A DNA stretch of 64,000 bases, taken from assembly GCF_006345805.1 (NCBI RefSeq), contig NC_042999.1, positions 21,142,001 to 21,206,000 on the forward strand. The letters are read 5' to 3'. Source of the DNA: Octopus sinensis. Taxonomy: Eukaryota. This document shows, one piece after another, positions 13,449 to 26,500 of this stretch (positions are counted from its first letter, which is position 1; every line of letters begins with the position of its first letter). The notes beneath the pieces were generated by a model that saw only the letters and a list, made by a program, of their open reading frames with translations, had not been told where the DNA came from and ran no database searches. The translations under genes and the position numbers were made by a program.

Positions 13449-13838
13449 AAGCGGCTAGCTGGCAGAATCGTTATCACGCCGGGCGAAATGCGTAGCCGTG
13501 TTTCGTCTGCCGTTACGTTCTGAGTTCAAATTACGCCGAGGTCGACTTTGCATTTCATCCTTTCGGGGTCGATTAAATAAGTACCAGTTACGCACTGGGG
13601 TCGATATAATCGACTTAATCTGTTAGTCTGTGTTTGTTTGTCCCCTCTGTGTGCAGACTCTTGTGGGCAGTAAAGAAATAGGTATTTCGCCCGTCGCTAC
13701 CTTCCGAGTTCAAATCCCGCCAGGGTCAAGTTTGCCTGTTTTTTGTCCATAAATTAAGTACCAGTTGAACACTGGGGTTGATGTAATCGATACATCCCTT
13801 CCACCAAAATGTCTGTCCTTGTGGCAAAATTTGAAACC
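13449..13838 (+). mobile_element. SINE family A dimer (long-tail unit + older short-tail unit)
   Basis: Junction aaagaaata|ggtatttcg at 13680/13681. Confidence 0.9.
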
Positions 13839-14329
13839 ATTCTCTTAAAGTTTCACTGGCTTCTAACATGAACCTAGTTCACTGCAGCACAGATAACAAA
13901 ATGCAAACTCAGAGGAATTTCAATATAGCCTCTGGAAATTGGTCAATTTAGTTCCAATACTGCTGTTAGAAGTCAGATTGATTTTTCAGCTATGCGAGAT
14001 GCATTATGGAAGAGAATTTCGTAAACTACGTAGATGGAGAGGAAGCTAGTGGCGTCTTGGGGTCTAGCACGTGCTTGAAGGGGAATATAACTGGCGAGTA
14101 TGTGTGTTTGTATACTAGATGTATGAGGGCATGGATGCTGATGTTTCATGTCTATGCCTATGTATCATCTATGCATGTGTGTAGGAACTGCGTGTGTACG
14201 AGATGAGGGCATGAGCCTGTTTGTGCATGTGTGAGGCGAGTTGGATACAGATGATAATTTGGTGGCCACAATGTTATGGAGCGTGAGGAAACGCTTCTAG
14301 TTCAAGGACAGGAAGGTCGTACGTTGGTG

Positions 14330-15030
14330 AAAGCATGTCGCCTAAATGGAGGGTTGATCTAAATTATCTTACGTATTCTGTCCCTCTTCGAGTGTGGAGG
14401 TTGAGCTTGGTGTACTCAATATATGCTAACTTCTCAGGCAATCCACTCGTCATCAATGCCTCATGGTAGTGTGGAGGCGGCCTTGTTGAAGGTATCCCTG
14501 TCGGTTGAAAGCTTAGATATTATTCCATCAACGGCTAAAACTAAGTTTCTAATAACAACGGGGGCGAGTGATTTGAGTTCTTGTGGATGGTCTCTGTTTC
14601 TTCATTGGTTTGCTATTGTAATGGTAGTACTTGACTATTTTTAGCGGAAGGATCACCGATAGTATGTCCATCGCGGTCAACCTGGTGGTAACTGTTATGG
14701 AAAAGTTAAAGTGTTTGAATATATTTATCAGGTAATTCCAAACTTGTCCAAGGTGTGTGCGTTCATAATGTCTAGAGGTTGCCAGGCCACCGTCCTAGTA
14801 AAGGACCCTACTCGCGTAGTGGTGTATATTTCTTCAGAGTATCCAAGTTAAATAACCCGACAAGGTCAGCAACCTCAGCTTCATAGACACGTAGAACAGT
14901 GGATCGCCTTATTTCTTCACCCAAGAGGAATCGTTGCCAACCAGGATTGAATTTTTGCGGTTCATGATGTTTCGGATATCAAGATTACTTATAATAGAGA
15001 ACCTCCTTGCTAAATTCAAAAGCCTCGATA
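14330..15030 (-). mobile_element. Decayed Penelope-like element, reverse-transcriptase region
   Basis: Minus-strand fragments SWVKK*GDPLFYVSM, EAEVADLVGLFNL (cf. GAEVCELVGLFIL), LY*DGGLA (cf. LYRDDGLA), HKNSNH, ISKLSTDRDTFNKAA, HYHEALMTSG. Confidence 0.8.
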
Positions 15031-15034
15031 TAGA

Positions 15035-15270
15035 AGTTTAGTTAGTTAGTTAGTTAGTTAGTTAATTTGGCTCAAAAGCAAATAGCAAGGCCATGTAGGG
15101 GGACATGGAGTTAAGTACAGGGTGGTGTTCATGTAAAGAGTTCAGGCCACTTGAGGTCCAGGGAGGCTTTGAACAAAGCGGTCGTCGGCATCTTCACCAT
15201 CTCGTCTGGCAGCTTGTTCCACGGATCCGCAACCCGGACGGAGAAAGCTCCTCTCCTTCGATTGAGATGG
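15035..15270 (-). mobile_element. CR1-type LINE 3' end with (AACT)n tail
   Basis: LHLNRRRGAFSVRVADPWNKLPDEMVKMPTTALFKASLDLKWPELFT*; homologous to 59158-59720. Confidence 0.85.
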
Positions 15271-15553
15271 AGAATTTTATTATCTGCAAGACTTGAACCC
15301 ATAGTTTTCTTGGTAAATCTAATCTCGAGAAAAACGCTGACGGGATGCTAAGAGCAAAAATATAATTTTTCCTTGATTGTGTGGTAAAAAAACAGTGACC
15401 TAATTTTCAAAGCATGATTTCTTAAAAGTTGATATCTTCCAACAATACAGATGATGTATAGACATGAAAGAATTACCCATTTGTAAGTGAATTAATTTGA
15501 GTTGTAAGGAGTTTCATCTGTCTTCATAACAAAAAAGTTTCGGATTTATATAC

Positions 15554-15555
<2 letters not shown>

Positions 15556-15605
<50 letters not shown>

Positions 15606-15631
15606 TGTGGTGTGTGTGTGTGTGTGTGTGT

Positions 15632-15676
<45 letters not shown>

Positions 15677-15720
15677 GTGCGTGTGTGCGTGTGTGCGTGT
15701 GTGCGTGTGCGTGTGTGTGT
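15556..15720. repeat. (GT)n/(GTGC)n microsatellite
   Basis: Directly visible. Confidence 0.97.
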
Positions 15721-17176
15721 AGCTATGATAAAGACAATTTGACACGAATTGCAGTTTGGTTACTGCATACAAGATTTTGTAGAATACGATGATGGTTAGC
15801 TGGTCGAAACTTCGAAGTTTCTGTCAACTACATTTTTGTATAATAATTATAATGTATATTTACAGTGATGGTTTATGAACATTGTTCGAAGATTATGTCG
15901 CTAACACTTCTGAGAACTGCATATATATGTTGTACAATGTCATTTCTGCCTATCAGTACATAACGAATGAAATACTGAAAAATGACTGCGTGATGAATTT
16001 TGTGATTTGTGCAGTGTATATGTGTAATTTTATGATTCAATAAAATTTTGTGAACAATTTTGTCTACTTACTCTTACTAAATCTTTTGCTGTTAACAGTA
16101 AGAGACCACGTTTTATAAGTTATAAACATCGAAAATCCAGCAGAAATTGTATTAAAAATTCTGTACTTTGCTATATCTCAATGTATTGTATGATAATATT
16201 TATATCTCAGGAACACCATAACATCATGTTCTAAATATTTGGAATAAACAAACACCACTTGTAACGTCTGAAACTGATAAGAAAGGCGCAAAATTTATTG
16301 TTATAAATCCTGCTACAAACATTATGGAAGCAATGAAGAGAGTCTGATAGTATGATGCATAGAATCTTAATTTGTTTTTACCGTGTTCTACAATGTAAGA
16401 CTTTGATCAGATTGAAGTCTAAAGTGACTAAACTCGTTGTTATAACAGATTATATATAGTATTTCACTACATTGTAAGAAAGAAAACCTACAAGCACATT
16501 CACATGTTTGACTACACATACACAAAACCACATTCTCGCACATATAGGCACGGATATTCAAACGGACACAAAGGAGCAGTCATACACACATGGAGATAAT
16601 CTATATCACTGTTATAGTGAAGTAGAAAAGTGAGACATTTTGGCCACCGAATTCCCTTGTGGAATATTAATAAGTTTATCATTGTCTCTCTTTCTCTTTC
16701 ACTTTCTCTATTTCACCGTCTCTTTATATTTACCAATATCTCTGTATCTCTCTCTATCTCTCTTTCGCACTTTTTTGTTTTATTCTTTCGCTTTTGAATG
16801 TATTTAGTGTCTGGTAATTCATTGTAATTCTTCGCCAAAACTGAACCGAAAGTATAGAGGAAATACCGCATCACATATCACAAAAGAAAATCATTCGTTA
16901 ATTGGAAATGCTAATTTGGGACTTGTAATTATGTGTCTGTCTCTCTATCTCAGCTCCCATTTCTCTACATTCTGTTTATAGATAAGTGTGTGTGATGTAT
17001 TTATATAAATACATCATATATATATATATATATGCATTTATACATATACATATATACATTTATTTATATATACTTATACATACATTTATATATAGTTATA
17101 TATATATATATACACATATGTATGTGCGTATATATGTATACACACGCATACACTAACATATTTATAATATATAATC

Positions 17177-17207
<31 letters not shown>

Positions 17208-17231
17208 ATATATATATATATAACTGTGTAT

Positions 17232-17266
<35 letters not shown>

Positions 17267-17658
17267 TATATATATACAAAACTATGTATACACAAAAACA
17301 CACACACATATATATATTATATATATATATATACAAAACTATGTATACACAAACACACACACATATATATATTATATATATATATTATATATATAACTAC
17401 AGACAGGTGTGTACACTTTACTTGGTCTTGGTGGTGGTGTGTGTGTGTGTGTCTAGGAAATTGGCAGAATTATTAGTGGTTAATAGAATAACTCACGGTA
17501 TTTGCTTCGATTGCTTACTACGTGATTTCAAATCTCACCTAACATACCGCTGTCTTTCGTAGTTTCACTTTCGATACTAAATTACAAATTCAGTGTCGTT
17601 TTTGCAGAACCGTTACAGTATCTCGGCTGTTCTGTTTGCAATGATTTCTGACACGGTG

Positions 17659-17965
17659 TCTTTATATATATAAGTGAAGTTGTGTGAGTGTCTGTCTCCT
17701 ACGATTTAGATTCCTTACTCCCACATTTTGCGGTGCAGTTTAACCAAAAGCGGGTATCTTATAGTCATGATTCATATCGAGCCCTTCTGGGTATTAGTGC
17801 GCGTCTACGATGAGTCTACGATTGAAAAATAGAAATTATCATAATTTTTTTCCCATTATTAATACATTCTTTGCTATTATATAAGTATAAGGGAAGTAAC
17901 TCTCTAAAAATACTTATATAGTTATTTCCCTTACAAACCCGAGCAACGCCGGGCGATACTGCTAG
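17659..17965 (+). mobile_element. Non-autonomous Helitron
   Basis: 5' TCTTTATATATATAAGTG, 3' cccgagcaacgccgggcgatactgCTAG|T with subterminal hairpin. Confidence 0.8.
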
Positions 17966-18171
17966 TTGCATATAAAGTTGTTTCGACTGTAATATAATTG
18001 AACATCATCAAAGGCGAGTCGAGAGGAAACATACATGCATGGGAAAATGTAAGTCGTGAACGAAATAAAAATTACCCATACATACACACACCATACACAA
18101 ACACGCGTACATACACAAAAAAAACACACGGACACATATATACAGAGTGAGATGTGATGTAGTGGTATTAT

Positions 18172-18407
18172 CTCGAGCTGGCAGAGCTGGCAGAAACGTT
18201 AGCACGCCGGGTTAAATGCTTAGCGGTATTTCGTCTGCGTTACGTTGTGAGTTCAAATTCCGCCGAGGTCGACTTTGCCTTTCATCTTTTCGGGGTCGAT
18301 AAATTAAGTACCAGTTACGCACTGGGGTCGATGTAATCGACTTAATACCTATGTCTGTCCTTGTTTGTCCCCTCTGTATTCAGCCCCTTGTGGGTAATAA
18401 AGAAATT
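18172..18407 (+). mobile_element. SINE family A long-tail monomer
   Basis: gagctggcagaaacgttagcacgccggg...gtgggtaataaagaaatt. Confidence 0.9.
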
Positions 18408-18409
18408 GG

Positions 18410-18690
18410 TATTCTCTCGAACGTGAGTTCTGCAAATTCTTGCCCAACAGTTGCCATACACGATTGGTTTCTAGTATTGAAATCTCCATGGGGCACTTCC
18501 ACCATCAAATCGATATCACTTGAACAGCTGTATGGTGTTCCTCGCGTAAGATGTCCATGTGGTCCCAGAGCAACGTCAAATTTTGTTAAGTTATTTGCTC
18601 AAGAACTCATCACTCGGTCTGGGACTCGAACCTACGAACTCACTATCTCGATCAGAACACCCTGCACTCTCAGTCATGTGCCCTCACATA
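18410..18690 (-). mobile_element. Older tRNA-derived SINE (family E, CORE/V-like)
   Basis: Minus strand B-box ggttcgagtccc followed by gagttcttgagcaaataactt; related fragment at 25895-25948 (+). Confidence 0.55.
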
Positions 18691-18936
18691 CACACACGCA
18701 CACATGTATATACACTTGGACAAGCGCGCAAGTGCACACACCCATAATATTGGGAGACATGCACCAGTTCAGTGTCTGAAAAGTTTGGGAGATATTAGTG
18801 TTGACAATACCAGAAAACGGAGGGCTGCACCATATTACGAGTAATTCTACGCCGAAGCTTACCCATTGGGGTTATAATGTTCCTTGGCAGAACTATATAA
18901 GTTAGGCAACTTCAATGTTATCCCTTCAGTTAGGCG

Positions 18937-19030
18937 TTTTATAAACGCATTCTACCAGTATAAGAAATTTAAAAGTGTTTAGTTATGTGGAAATTATTTT
19001 TAAAAACTGCCGTTCAAACCGAAAGGATCC
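18937..19030. mobile_element. GGATC-TIR MITE, single-end fragment
   Basis: ...aaaaactgccgttcaaaccgaaaggatcc. Confidence 0.75.
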
Positions 19031-19339
19031 CAAACTTTTGTCGATGATCTGTAGAAGAAACGCAGATAATTCTTTTATGCACAACTGATGAACACTTTAT
19101 AATAAATGGAACATTAAGACAATATGCATATTCCTAAGGAAAGTTAATTGACTTACTCGAAACGAATTAATCTTATTCTAGAGGTTTAGCGTCGATGTTT
19201 GACTGATAATGATGTATATGTCATCCCTATATTGTTCTCCATACAACTGCCAAGGAAGATGTAGAAGAAAATAATTCAGAAAACTATTCTAATTTCTGAT
19301 AATCCAATTTCCATAATAAAAATGGTAATAGGGTAAATT

Positions 19340-19990
19340 CCATAATATTTATGTATAAATCTGTCAGGAAAAGAGGTTCTTATAATTCACGAATCCACTT
19401 CATGTAAACTCGAATACCACTTCTATCACGTAATATACCTGAATACTGTTGAGTTTAGTGTTAGAATATTCTGAGGGAAACATTCGTACAATTTAGGTAA
19501 ATACGTTTGTTGATTTAATTAATATCTTGCCTTCAGAGGTCGAACAATGTAAAACAATGGATAAACCAACTGCAGCTTCTATATTGAGAAGGTGTTTATT
19601 TAGTGCTTTGTTTGTCACAGAATTGTATCTTCAAGTGATAGTTAAATGCGACCCGCATTTACAAGATCATCTCAAGATAATAAGTGTATTTCTTCCTGGA
19701 AGCTTGTTTATTATCATCGATAATTAGACACTTAATTATACACAATGCCACTTACATGCTTGGCTGCATAATATCATTCAGTAACAATACATAAGCAGCT
19801 CGATAGGGATAATTGGATAAACGTATTCAATGATAAAAGGGTCTTTTGAAATAATGAAGTTTCCTATATGAAATAAAGCAATTGTGTCCAGGAAAAGGCT
19901 TTCAGGTTCTTAACATTATCACACAAGTTAGAAGCTAGTTATCTTCAATCGCTGGATATTGAACGTTTGGTATTTAGCAGATATATTTGT
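19340..19990 (+). pseudogene. Decayed hAT (ZMYM1/DUF4371-type) transposase fragment
   Basis: FVDLI/YLAFRG, NNG, VKCDPHLQDHL (cf. VIKFLAERGLAFRG...NNGNF...AKFDPFLAEHI); frameshifted. Confidence 0.55.
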
Positions 19991-20309
19991 TTCAGCCATT
20001 ATCAAATCACACAACGCTTTCAATATTTTGATATCAGTAACACAGGAAGTTTATAACGGAAGGAAAATAGAGTAATAATACACGTCTGCTTCAAATAAGA
20101 GGTTATTCACCACTAGAAGCATATTGCAGAATTAGTTAAATATTGTGTATTTAAAGAAACGAAAGAACGTTTTACAAACATTGTATCGTTAGGTTCTAGG
20201 TTCAAATCCTTTCCAAGCAAGTTGTGATTTTCATCCCTTCGGTGCTGGAAAAGTGACGCATGAGCCAGCTATTGAGGTTGATTTATTCAAACTGTTCCTT
20301 CTCCGAGTT

Positions 20310-20545
20310 GCCACTATTATTATTAATATTATTATTCATACTATTACTATTATTACTATTACTAATATTATTACTATAATTATTATTATTACTATTCTTA
20401 CTATCATTACTATTACTTCTATTCTTACTATTAGTATTACTATTATTATTACTATTATTATTATTACTACTGTTATCATTACTATTACTACTATTATTCA
20501 TATTAATATTACTATTCTTAATATTGTCAGTAGTAGTAGTAGTAG
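20310..20545. repeat. (ATT/ACT)n trinucleotide repeat
   Basis: Directly visible; source of the poly-I/T and poly-N/S ORFs. Confidence 0.95.
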
Positions 20546-20552
20546 TTCTAGT

Positions 20553-20760
20553 GTGGTGAGCTGGCGGATTCGTTAGACTGAGAAAAATGCTTAGCGGCAT
20601 TTCGTCTGTCTTCACGTTCTGAGTTCAAATTCCACCGAGGTCGACTTCGCCCTTCACACTTTCGGGGGTCGATAAATTAAATACCAGTGTAACGCAGGGA
20701 TCGATGTATCGTCTAGTCCCCTCCACGCAAATGTGAGGCCTTCTGCCTCCAGTAAAAATA
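20553..20760 (+). mobile_element. SINE family A short-tail monomer
   Basis: Core plus tail ctagtcccctccacgcaaatgtgaggccttctgcctccagtaaaa. Confidence 0.85.
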
Positions 20761-21086
20761 GTAATAATTATTATTATTATTAGAGTAGTGAGATGGTAGT
20801 ATTGTTACACGTTGGGTAATAGGTCTTGTAGTATTTGTCACTCTCCTTGCATTCTTAATTATAATCTCTCCTTTCTAGCATTACCAAACTATATTACTTG
20901 GAAAATTATATTTCTTTTTGCACTTTCCGATGGTATAATAAATTTATGTTTGGCTGAAACATATGTGTAAGGAAAAGTCCTGATATACTGAGAATAATTT
21001 GGGAAATGCCATGTTAAGGATTTAATTATTCATCTTAGAATTATTACAGTATGATTCATATGTAAATGAATAAACATGTTCATACC

Positions 21087-21319
21087 TATTTCTTTACTAC
21101 CCGCAAGGGGCGAAACACAGAGAGGACAAATAAGGAAAGACAAACGGATTAAGTCGATTACATCGACCCCAGTGCGTAACTGGTACTTATTTAATGGACC
21201 CCGAAAGGATGAAAGGCAAAGTCGACCTCGGCGGAATTTGAACTCAGAACGTAGCGGCAGACGAAATACCGCTAAGCATTTCGCCCGGCGCGCTAAGGAT
21301 TATGCCAGCTCGCCGCCTT
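21087..21319 (-). mobile_element. SINE family A long-tail monomer
   Basis: Full head to tail; sense 3' flank ggtatga. Confidence 0.9.
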
Positions 21320-22246
21320 AATAAGAATTTTACATTAGTTGTGGGGAAGATACTCGGCAAGAAATGGAAACAAAATTGAAAGAATAATAATAATCCTTTA
21401 TTAACCACAAAATCCAATAATATTAATAGTAATGATGATGAAGAAGGCTCGTGTGTGGGTGGATAAGAATAAGATATAAATTTTAAAGAAGCAGGGAAAT
21501 ACACATCTGTCTGCCCCGTTTCAGTCGATAAACAAGTTAATTCAACGTTAAGTATCGAGATGCAATACCACAGATCATTACAGCAGAGTCACCGACAAAA
21601 AATTACATAGCAACATTCCTTAAACAGACACAAACAAACGCAAGCAAAGCAAAGAAGATCAATAACTGATTTAGCTACAAAAACTTTACTGCGATACAGA
21701 TTAACAGCGATAATTTGAAAGAATCTACATGTATCAGACCCTGAGCTACGGTAACTTCTCGACTCTTTAGTTAAGCAGAACCTAGGGGGAATCTATAAGA
21801 CACGAGATAATGGAGAACTTGTAACAAGTCTAGACAGTTCCAATATATTTTATTTCTCTCTTGTATTATACTTCGGTTCCTACTTGAATTCTAACGTTGT
21901 AAATATGTTTTAAGTATATAATCTAAAGTCTACAATAGATGTATAGAAATCTGAGTTTACATACATATGAAAATTGCCTTTTCATGAAATATCTCAATGT
22001 AATTGCAATTTTCCTCATGATATCTGAAAATGGACTTCCCTGTATTAAGATATAATAGAAATTTTATATTTAATTAAAAAATAGACCACTGTATCCTCTC
22101 AAGTGCTAAGAGAAAATTTCCGCTTATAACTCATCTCAGAACATAAGATGTAAATCACTATACACAACATTATAATTGTTGCTGGTAGAAATTTAAGTTT
22201 ATGAGGAAATATACCAACTGTATCACGCGTCTTCCTTTGAGCTTAT

Positions 22247-22663
22247 GGATATTTTCTGTTTAAACGGCAGTTTTTTCTAGCGGTGTCATATGAAATTGTC
22301 ACCCATAATTATGACCCTAGTATCGATCTATTGCATTTCAATCTGTTTTAGGGTTAGTTAGGGTTGGGGGGAAGGGTATCTGTTTTTCCTTTAAAAATGT
22401 AAATAAACCCAATCTGTTTCTTAAACGAGGGACATATTCATACGGCACAGAATGTTTTCACCTCAATAGACGTCATTGATTGGTTGAAATTGCAGAAATT
22501 GAAGAAAAAAAAACAACAAATATCTTACAAACTATAGAATTTTCTCAATAAAACCAAGAGAAAAAGATGTTTTATAAACACATTCTACTAGTATACGAAG
22601 TTTAAAAGTGTTTAGTTACGTGGAAATTATTTTTAAAAACTGCCGGTCAAACCGAAAAGATCC
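22247..22663. mobile_element. MITE with GGATC-type TIRs
   Basis: ggatattttctgtttaaacggcagttttt ... aaaaactgccggtcaaaccgaaaagatcc; central tttagggttagttaggg. Confidence 0.9.
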
Positions 22664-23028
22664 GAGTTTATTCATAGTTATTGTAGCAACAACCGAAATA
22701 CTTTCAATGAAAAAAGTAAAAATATAAATCATATACACTGCTGTAATTTATATATGTACTTAACAATAATATAACGGCATGGCTCAGTAAGAGAATGGGA
22801 TAAGTATTAATACTTTTAAAAATAAACTAAAATATGATATTATGTGCGGTTTCCTACTAGGATATAATTACCTTCAATTACCTGTAACTTCAAACTAAGA
22901 AATGCCCACATTGTTTTTCTCTAAATTCTAAATATAATACAGCAAAAAAAAAAAAAAAATCCAAAGGGATTAGCACATCCACACACAGTGTAAATAGAGA
23001 AAGCTACCTAACTATTACAATCGTCTAG

Positions 23029-23383
23029 TGGAGGTGCAATGGCCTTGTGGATAGAGCAGCGGATTTGCGGTCGTAGGATCGCAGTTTCCATCCCAGACCT
23101 GGCGTTCTAAGTGTTTATTGAGCGAAAACATCTAAAGCTCCACGAGGCTACGGCAGGGGGTTGTCTTGAAACCTGCTGTACTCTTTCACCACAACTTTCT
23201 CACTGCTTCTATTGTACTTGTATTTCAAAGAGCCAGATTTGTCACGCTGAATCTCCCCGAGAACTACGGTGAGAGTACACGTGTCTGTGGAGTGCTCAGC
23301 CACTTGCAAGTTAATTTCACGAGCAGGCTGTTCCGTTGATAGGATCAACTGGAACCCTCGTCGCCGCAACCGACTGTGTACCA
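23029..23383 (+). mobile_element. tRNA-derived SINE family D
   Basis: gtggaggtgcaatggccttgtggatagagcagcgg...; homologous to 38183-38572 (-). Confidence 0.85.
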
Positions 23384-23649
23384 ATCGTCTATTAAGCTAA
23401 TCCTTGTACATGAACATCTAGTGCCTAATACCACGTATACCAACTCAAACTATATGAAAATATATATCAATGAATAAATAGCAACACATTACCATTTATA
23501 TTGTCTTATAACACAGAAGCCATTATTTATAAATTTGTCTTACCTCTATGAAACCGTGCTTGAAGTTGCAAGAAGTCGATGCCAATAACGAATTTGATAT
23601 TTCCTCTTTTGGTAAGAACGGCAGCAGTGACGAAGAAGAATTAGTTGCC

Positions 23650-25479
23650 CATTTCTTTATTACCCACTAGGGGCGACATAGAGAACACATACAATCACGA
23701 ATGATGAAAAAAATAATTATGAACATTTGGGGTCGGTTAAAAATCGGAAATGAATAATAAATCGAATGGTTACACAATAGACACAATTAACAAAATTACA
23801 AGATGCAGTGGGGCGGGTTCGCGACCCCATGCTCCCCGCCACGACACTTAGCCTTGTGGTTTCCTTTTTCTTCCTATCTCACATTTGTGAGGGATCTTTT
23901 ACTCTCCACATTTTTCCATCTTTCATCAAACACTTTCTTACTCAGGCTCCTTCTCTCCAGTTCTATGTGTCTTTTCAGGTGGAATTTAAAATATTCCACC
24001 AGACTTGAACCAGAGATGAAGTCGCCTGTTATCATTCCTTTCATCCTTGTCTTCCATACTACCTGTTTCGCAGTTGAAACCACGGCGAGAAAACAAAACT
24101 TACCTTCTTTCGTTAAGAAATCAGGTGGGCTGATTTTTACAATAGATTCGGCTGATAGCTGTACTCTTCGTTCGCCTGACATTAGTTGTTCGGCACAATC
24201 CACATATCTTTCACCCCCGAACACTGCACGATCGCGTGCGAGACGGTTTCCCGTTCTCGCCCACATCTCGTACAGGTCGGGCCGACTTGGCAACCGTGCC
24301 TTGCAAGCTTGTCCCGAACAGGTAAGGCTCCTCGGTAGCACTGCCAAGCCAAAGACTTCTGGAAATTATCCAGTGTCTTCGGCCCGAATGTACGTTGGAA
24401 CAGACTGGCCAGCTGATTATCGTCGAAACCTAGGGCTTCCCCCAGCGTATCATCGTTACCGGCCTCTACAAACCCTCTATAAAACACAGCGGTAGAACCA
24501 CTGCCGCAGGCATTACCCGAGCGACGGAATAGTCGGAGTGCCTTGCGACACTCCGTATACCACGAACCCAACTTCGATCTGCGATTATACCAGTCCTCCC
24601 GGCCACCGAAACTGGTGAACCTGGGGAACATCTGTTTCGCCAGCGGAGACCACACCCGTTCACTACCCAGATGGAGCCACAGGTGCCTTAGCCTCAGCGC
24701 ATTTCTGCGCATCATTAGCCACGGCATCCCTAGTCCACCCTGTAACGGTTTTTGACAGCAGACAGAGCGTCTCACAAGCGGTTTCGAGCCCTTCCACAAG
24801 AAGCGAAAGAGCTGTCTCTCCAACTTGATCAACCACGAATCCGGGCAAGGCACGACGGCAAGGCGGTAGGTGATCACCGATGCTATAAACACATTGGCCA
24901 CCTCCGCCCTACCTTTCAAGGATAACCACCGCCAAGACCAAATCTTGACTATTGCAGCCACCTTGCTCGATACCTCGCTCCAGTTCTTCTCTATTGGAGG
25001 TCCGGACCGAACCAGACCCCGAGCAACTTAACCGGGCCCTCCGTCCAACGTCCCACGACGCTGTCTGGAGGCATCGACTTGCCTCTCCAGGTGCGAGTTG
25101 CAAGCCGACCGACTTTTCACGATTAACTTTTGCTCCTGTCACCGTCTCGTAAACCTCTATGGCCTTGCCTACTTTACGTAGGTGGTCCACTTCAGTCACG
25201 ATGATAGTGATGTCATCCGCGTACGCCGAAACCGACATATCACGTCCTGGTTGCCTCGGGATGCCGCTCAGTCTTCGCAGCAGCGGCTCCAGGGCCACTA
25301 CATACAAAAGCGGGGAGAGCGGACATCCCTGGCGAACCGAGCGTTTGACCTTGAACGGCTTAGAAAGAAAGCCGTTCACCTGAACTACCGAGTCGGCGTT
25401 GTCATACATTTCGATGATCCACCTGAGGAAGCCAAGACCTAGGCCGAACTGAGCCAGAACGGACACCAGGTAGTGATGT
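23650..25479 (-). mobile_element. 5'-truncated Tx1/L1-like LINE (RT C-half, zf-RVT-like region, 3'UTR) with 16-bp TSD
   Basis: VRQGCPLSPLLY...YADD (ORF 24909..25532); LSLKGRAEVAN...CTRCG..ETVSHAIVQC (24182..24961); TSD agaagaattagttgcc at 23634-23649 and 25480-25495; several small frameshifts. Confidence 0.95.
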
Positions 25480-25732
25480 AGAAGAATTAGTTGCCAGTAA
25501 TGGGTAACTAAAATAAAATTTTTCAAGTACAAAATAGAAATAAAGAAAGGGTGATTTTTGAAGAAAAAATATTTTACAAGAATAAAGATGAAAATATATA
25601 ATACTTGGGGATTGGCGGGCGAATCTACTCATCTTCAAAATTCTACACAACAATAATTTGCATAACTTTAGGATTTCTAGATATTTTAATAATATGCAAT
25701 ATGAGGCATCTGCGATATATACAGAAGTCAGT

Positions 25733-25858
25733 AAGCCGTTCCATCTCATTACATATAATTCATTTTTTACTTCATATTTTATTTTTATTTTATGTACCCC
25801 ATGTCCCGTCTTGTAATGTCCCCCTCTTCGTGGCCCCTTGTGGGTAATAAAGAAACAC
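25733..25858 (+). mobile_element. 126-bp 5'-truncated retrocopy of a Tx1-type 3'UTR with 18-bp TSD
   Basis: TSD atatatacagaagtcagt at 25715-25732 and 25859-25876; ends gccccttgtgggtaataaagaaaca. Confidence 0.85.
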
Positions 25859-25948
25859 AATATATACAGAAGTCAGTGTATTCAGATCGTCATTGAAAGG
25901 TCGTGAGTTCGATTCCTGATGGCGCGTTGTCTACTTGAGCAAGACACC

Positions 25949-26500
25949 TATTTCTTTATTTGGCACTACGGCCACAACACAGAGAGGGACACTACAAGGA
26001 CAGACATAACACCACAATGGGGACACAAAACATAAAGCGAATGAGAATGAGATGTTATATAAAATTGAAGAAATGGAATGGCTGCATGGTACTTCCATGC
26101 AGTACCATTTGAACGTTTAGGTACACTGTTTACAATCGTTCTATTTACCTTATTGTCTTTTTCTTAATCCTCTTTTTTGTCCTTTCAAAAAAAAAAACAA
26201 TTTTTCTTTTTGATACCTCATGAAAAGCGCTAAGTCTTTTAGGTCTACTACTGGTACCAGTTCGTCGAGCTCCACAAATACTCCAGGCGGGTCAGTCTTG
26301 TCTCCACACATGTCTCTCAGTCTCTTTCATGTGTCTTTGTCGACCACAATTGCCTTCACATTTTCAGAATATATATCCGTGGATAACCTCACTCTTATGA
26401 TATGCTTAAATTTTAAAATTTTCTTCTCCGATTCTTTGTTTTTCGCTATTATATCTTATACCTGCAGGCATTCACAGATTTCCTTCGCAGAGATGTATGC
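25949..26500 (-). mobile_element. Retroelement of uncertain type: decayed non-RT ORF followed directly by a Tx1-type 3' tail
   Basis: ~100 codons with two stops (YISAKEICECLQ...PGVFVELDELVPVVDLKDLALFMRYQK), then a tail ending gtggccgtagtgccaaataaagaaata. Confidence 0.45.

Noticed and set aside
23803-24495. 230-aa plus-strand ORF
   Set aside because: Antisense shadow of the Tx1-like ORF2.
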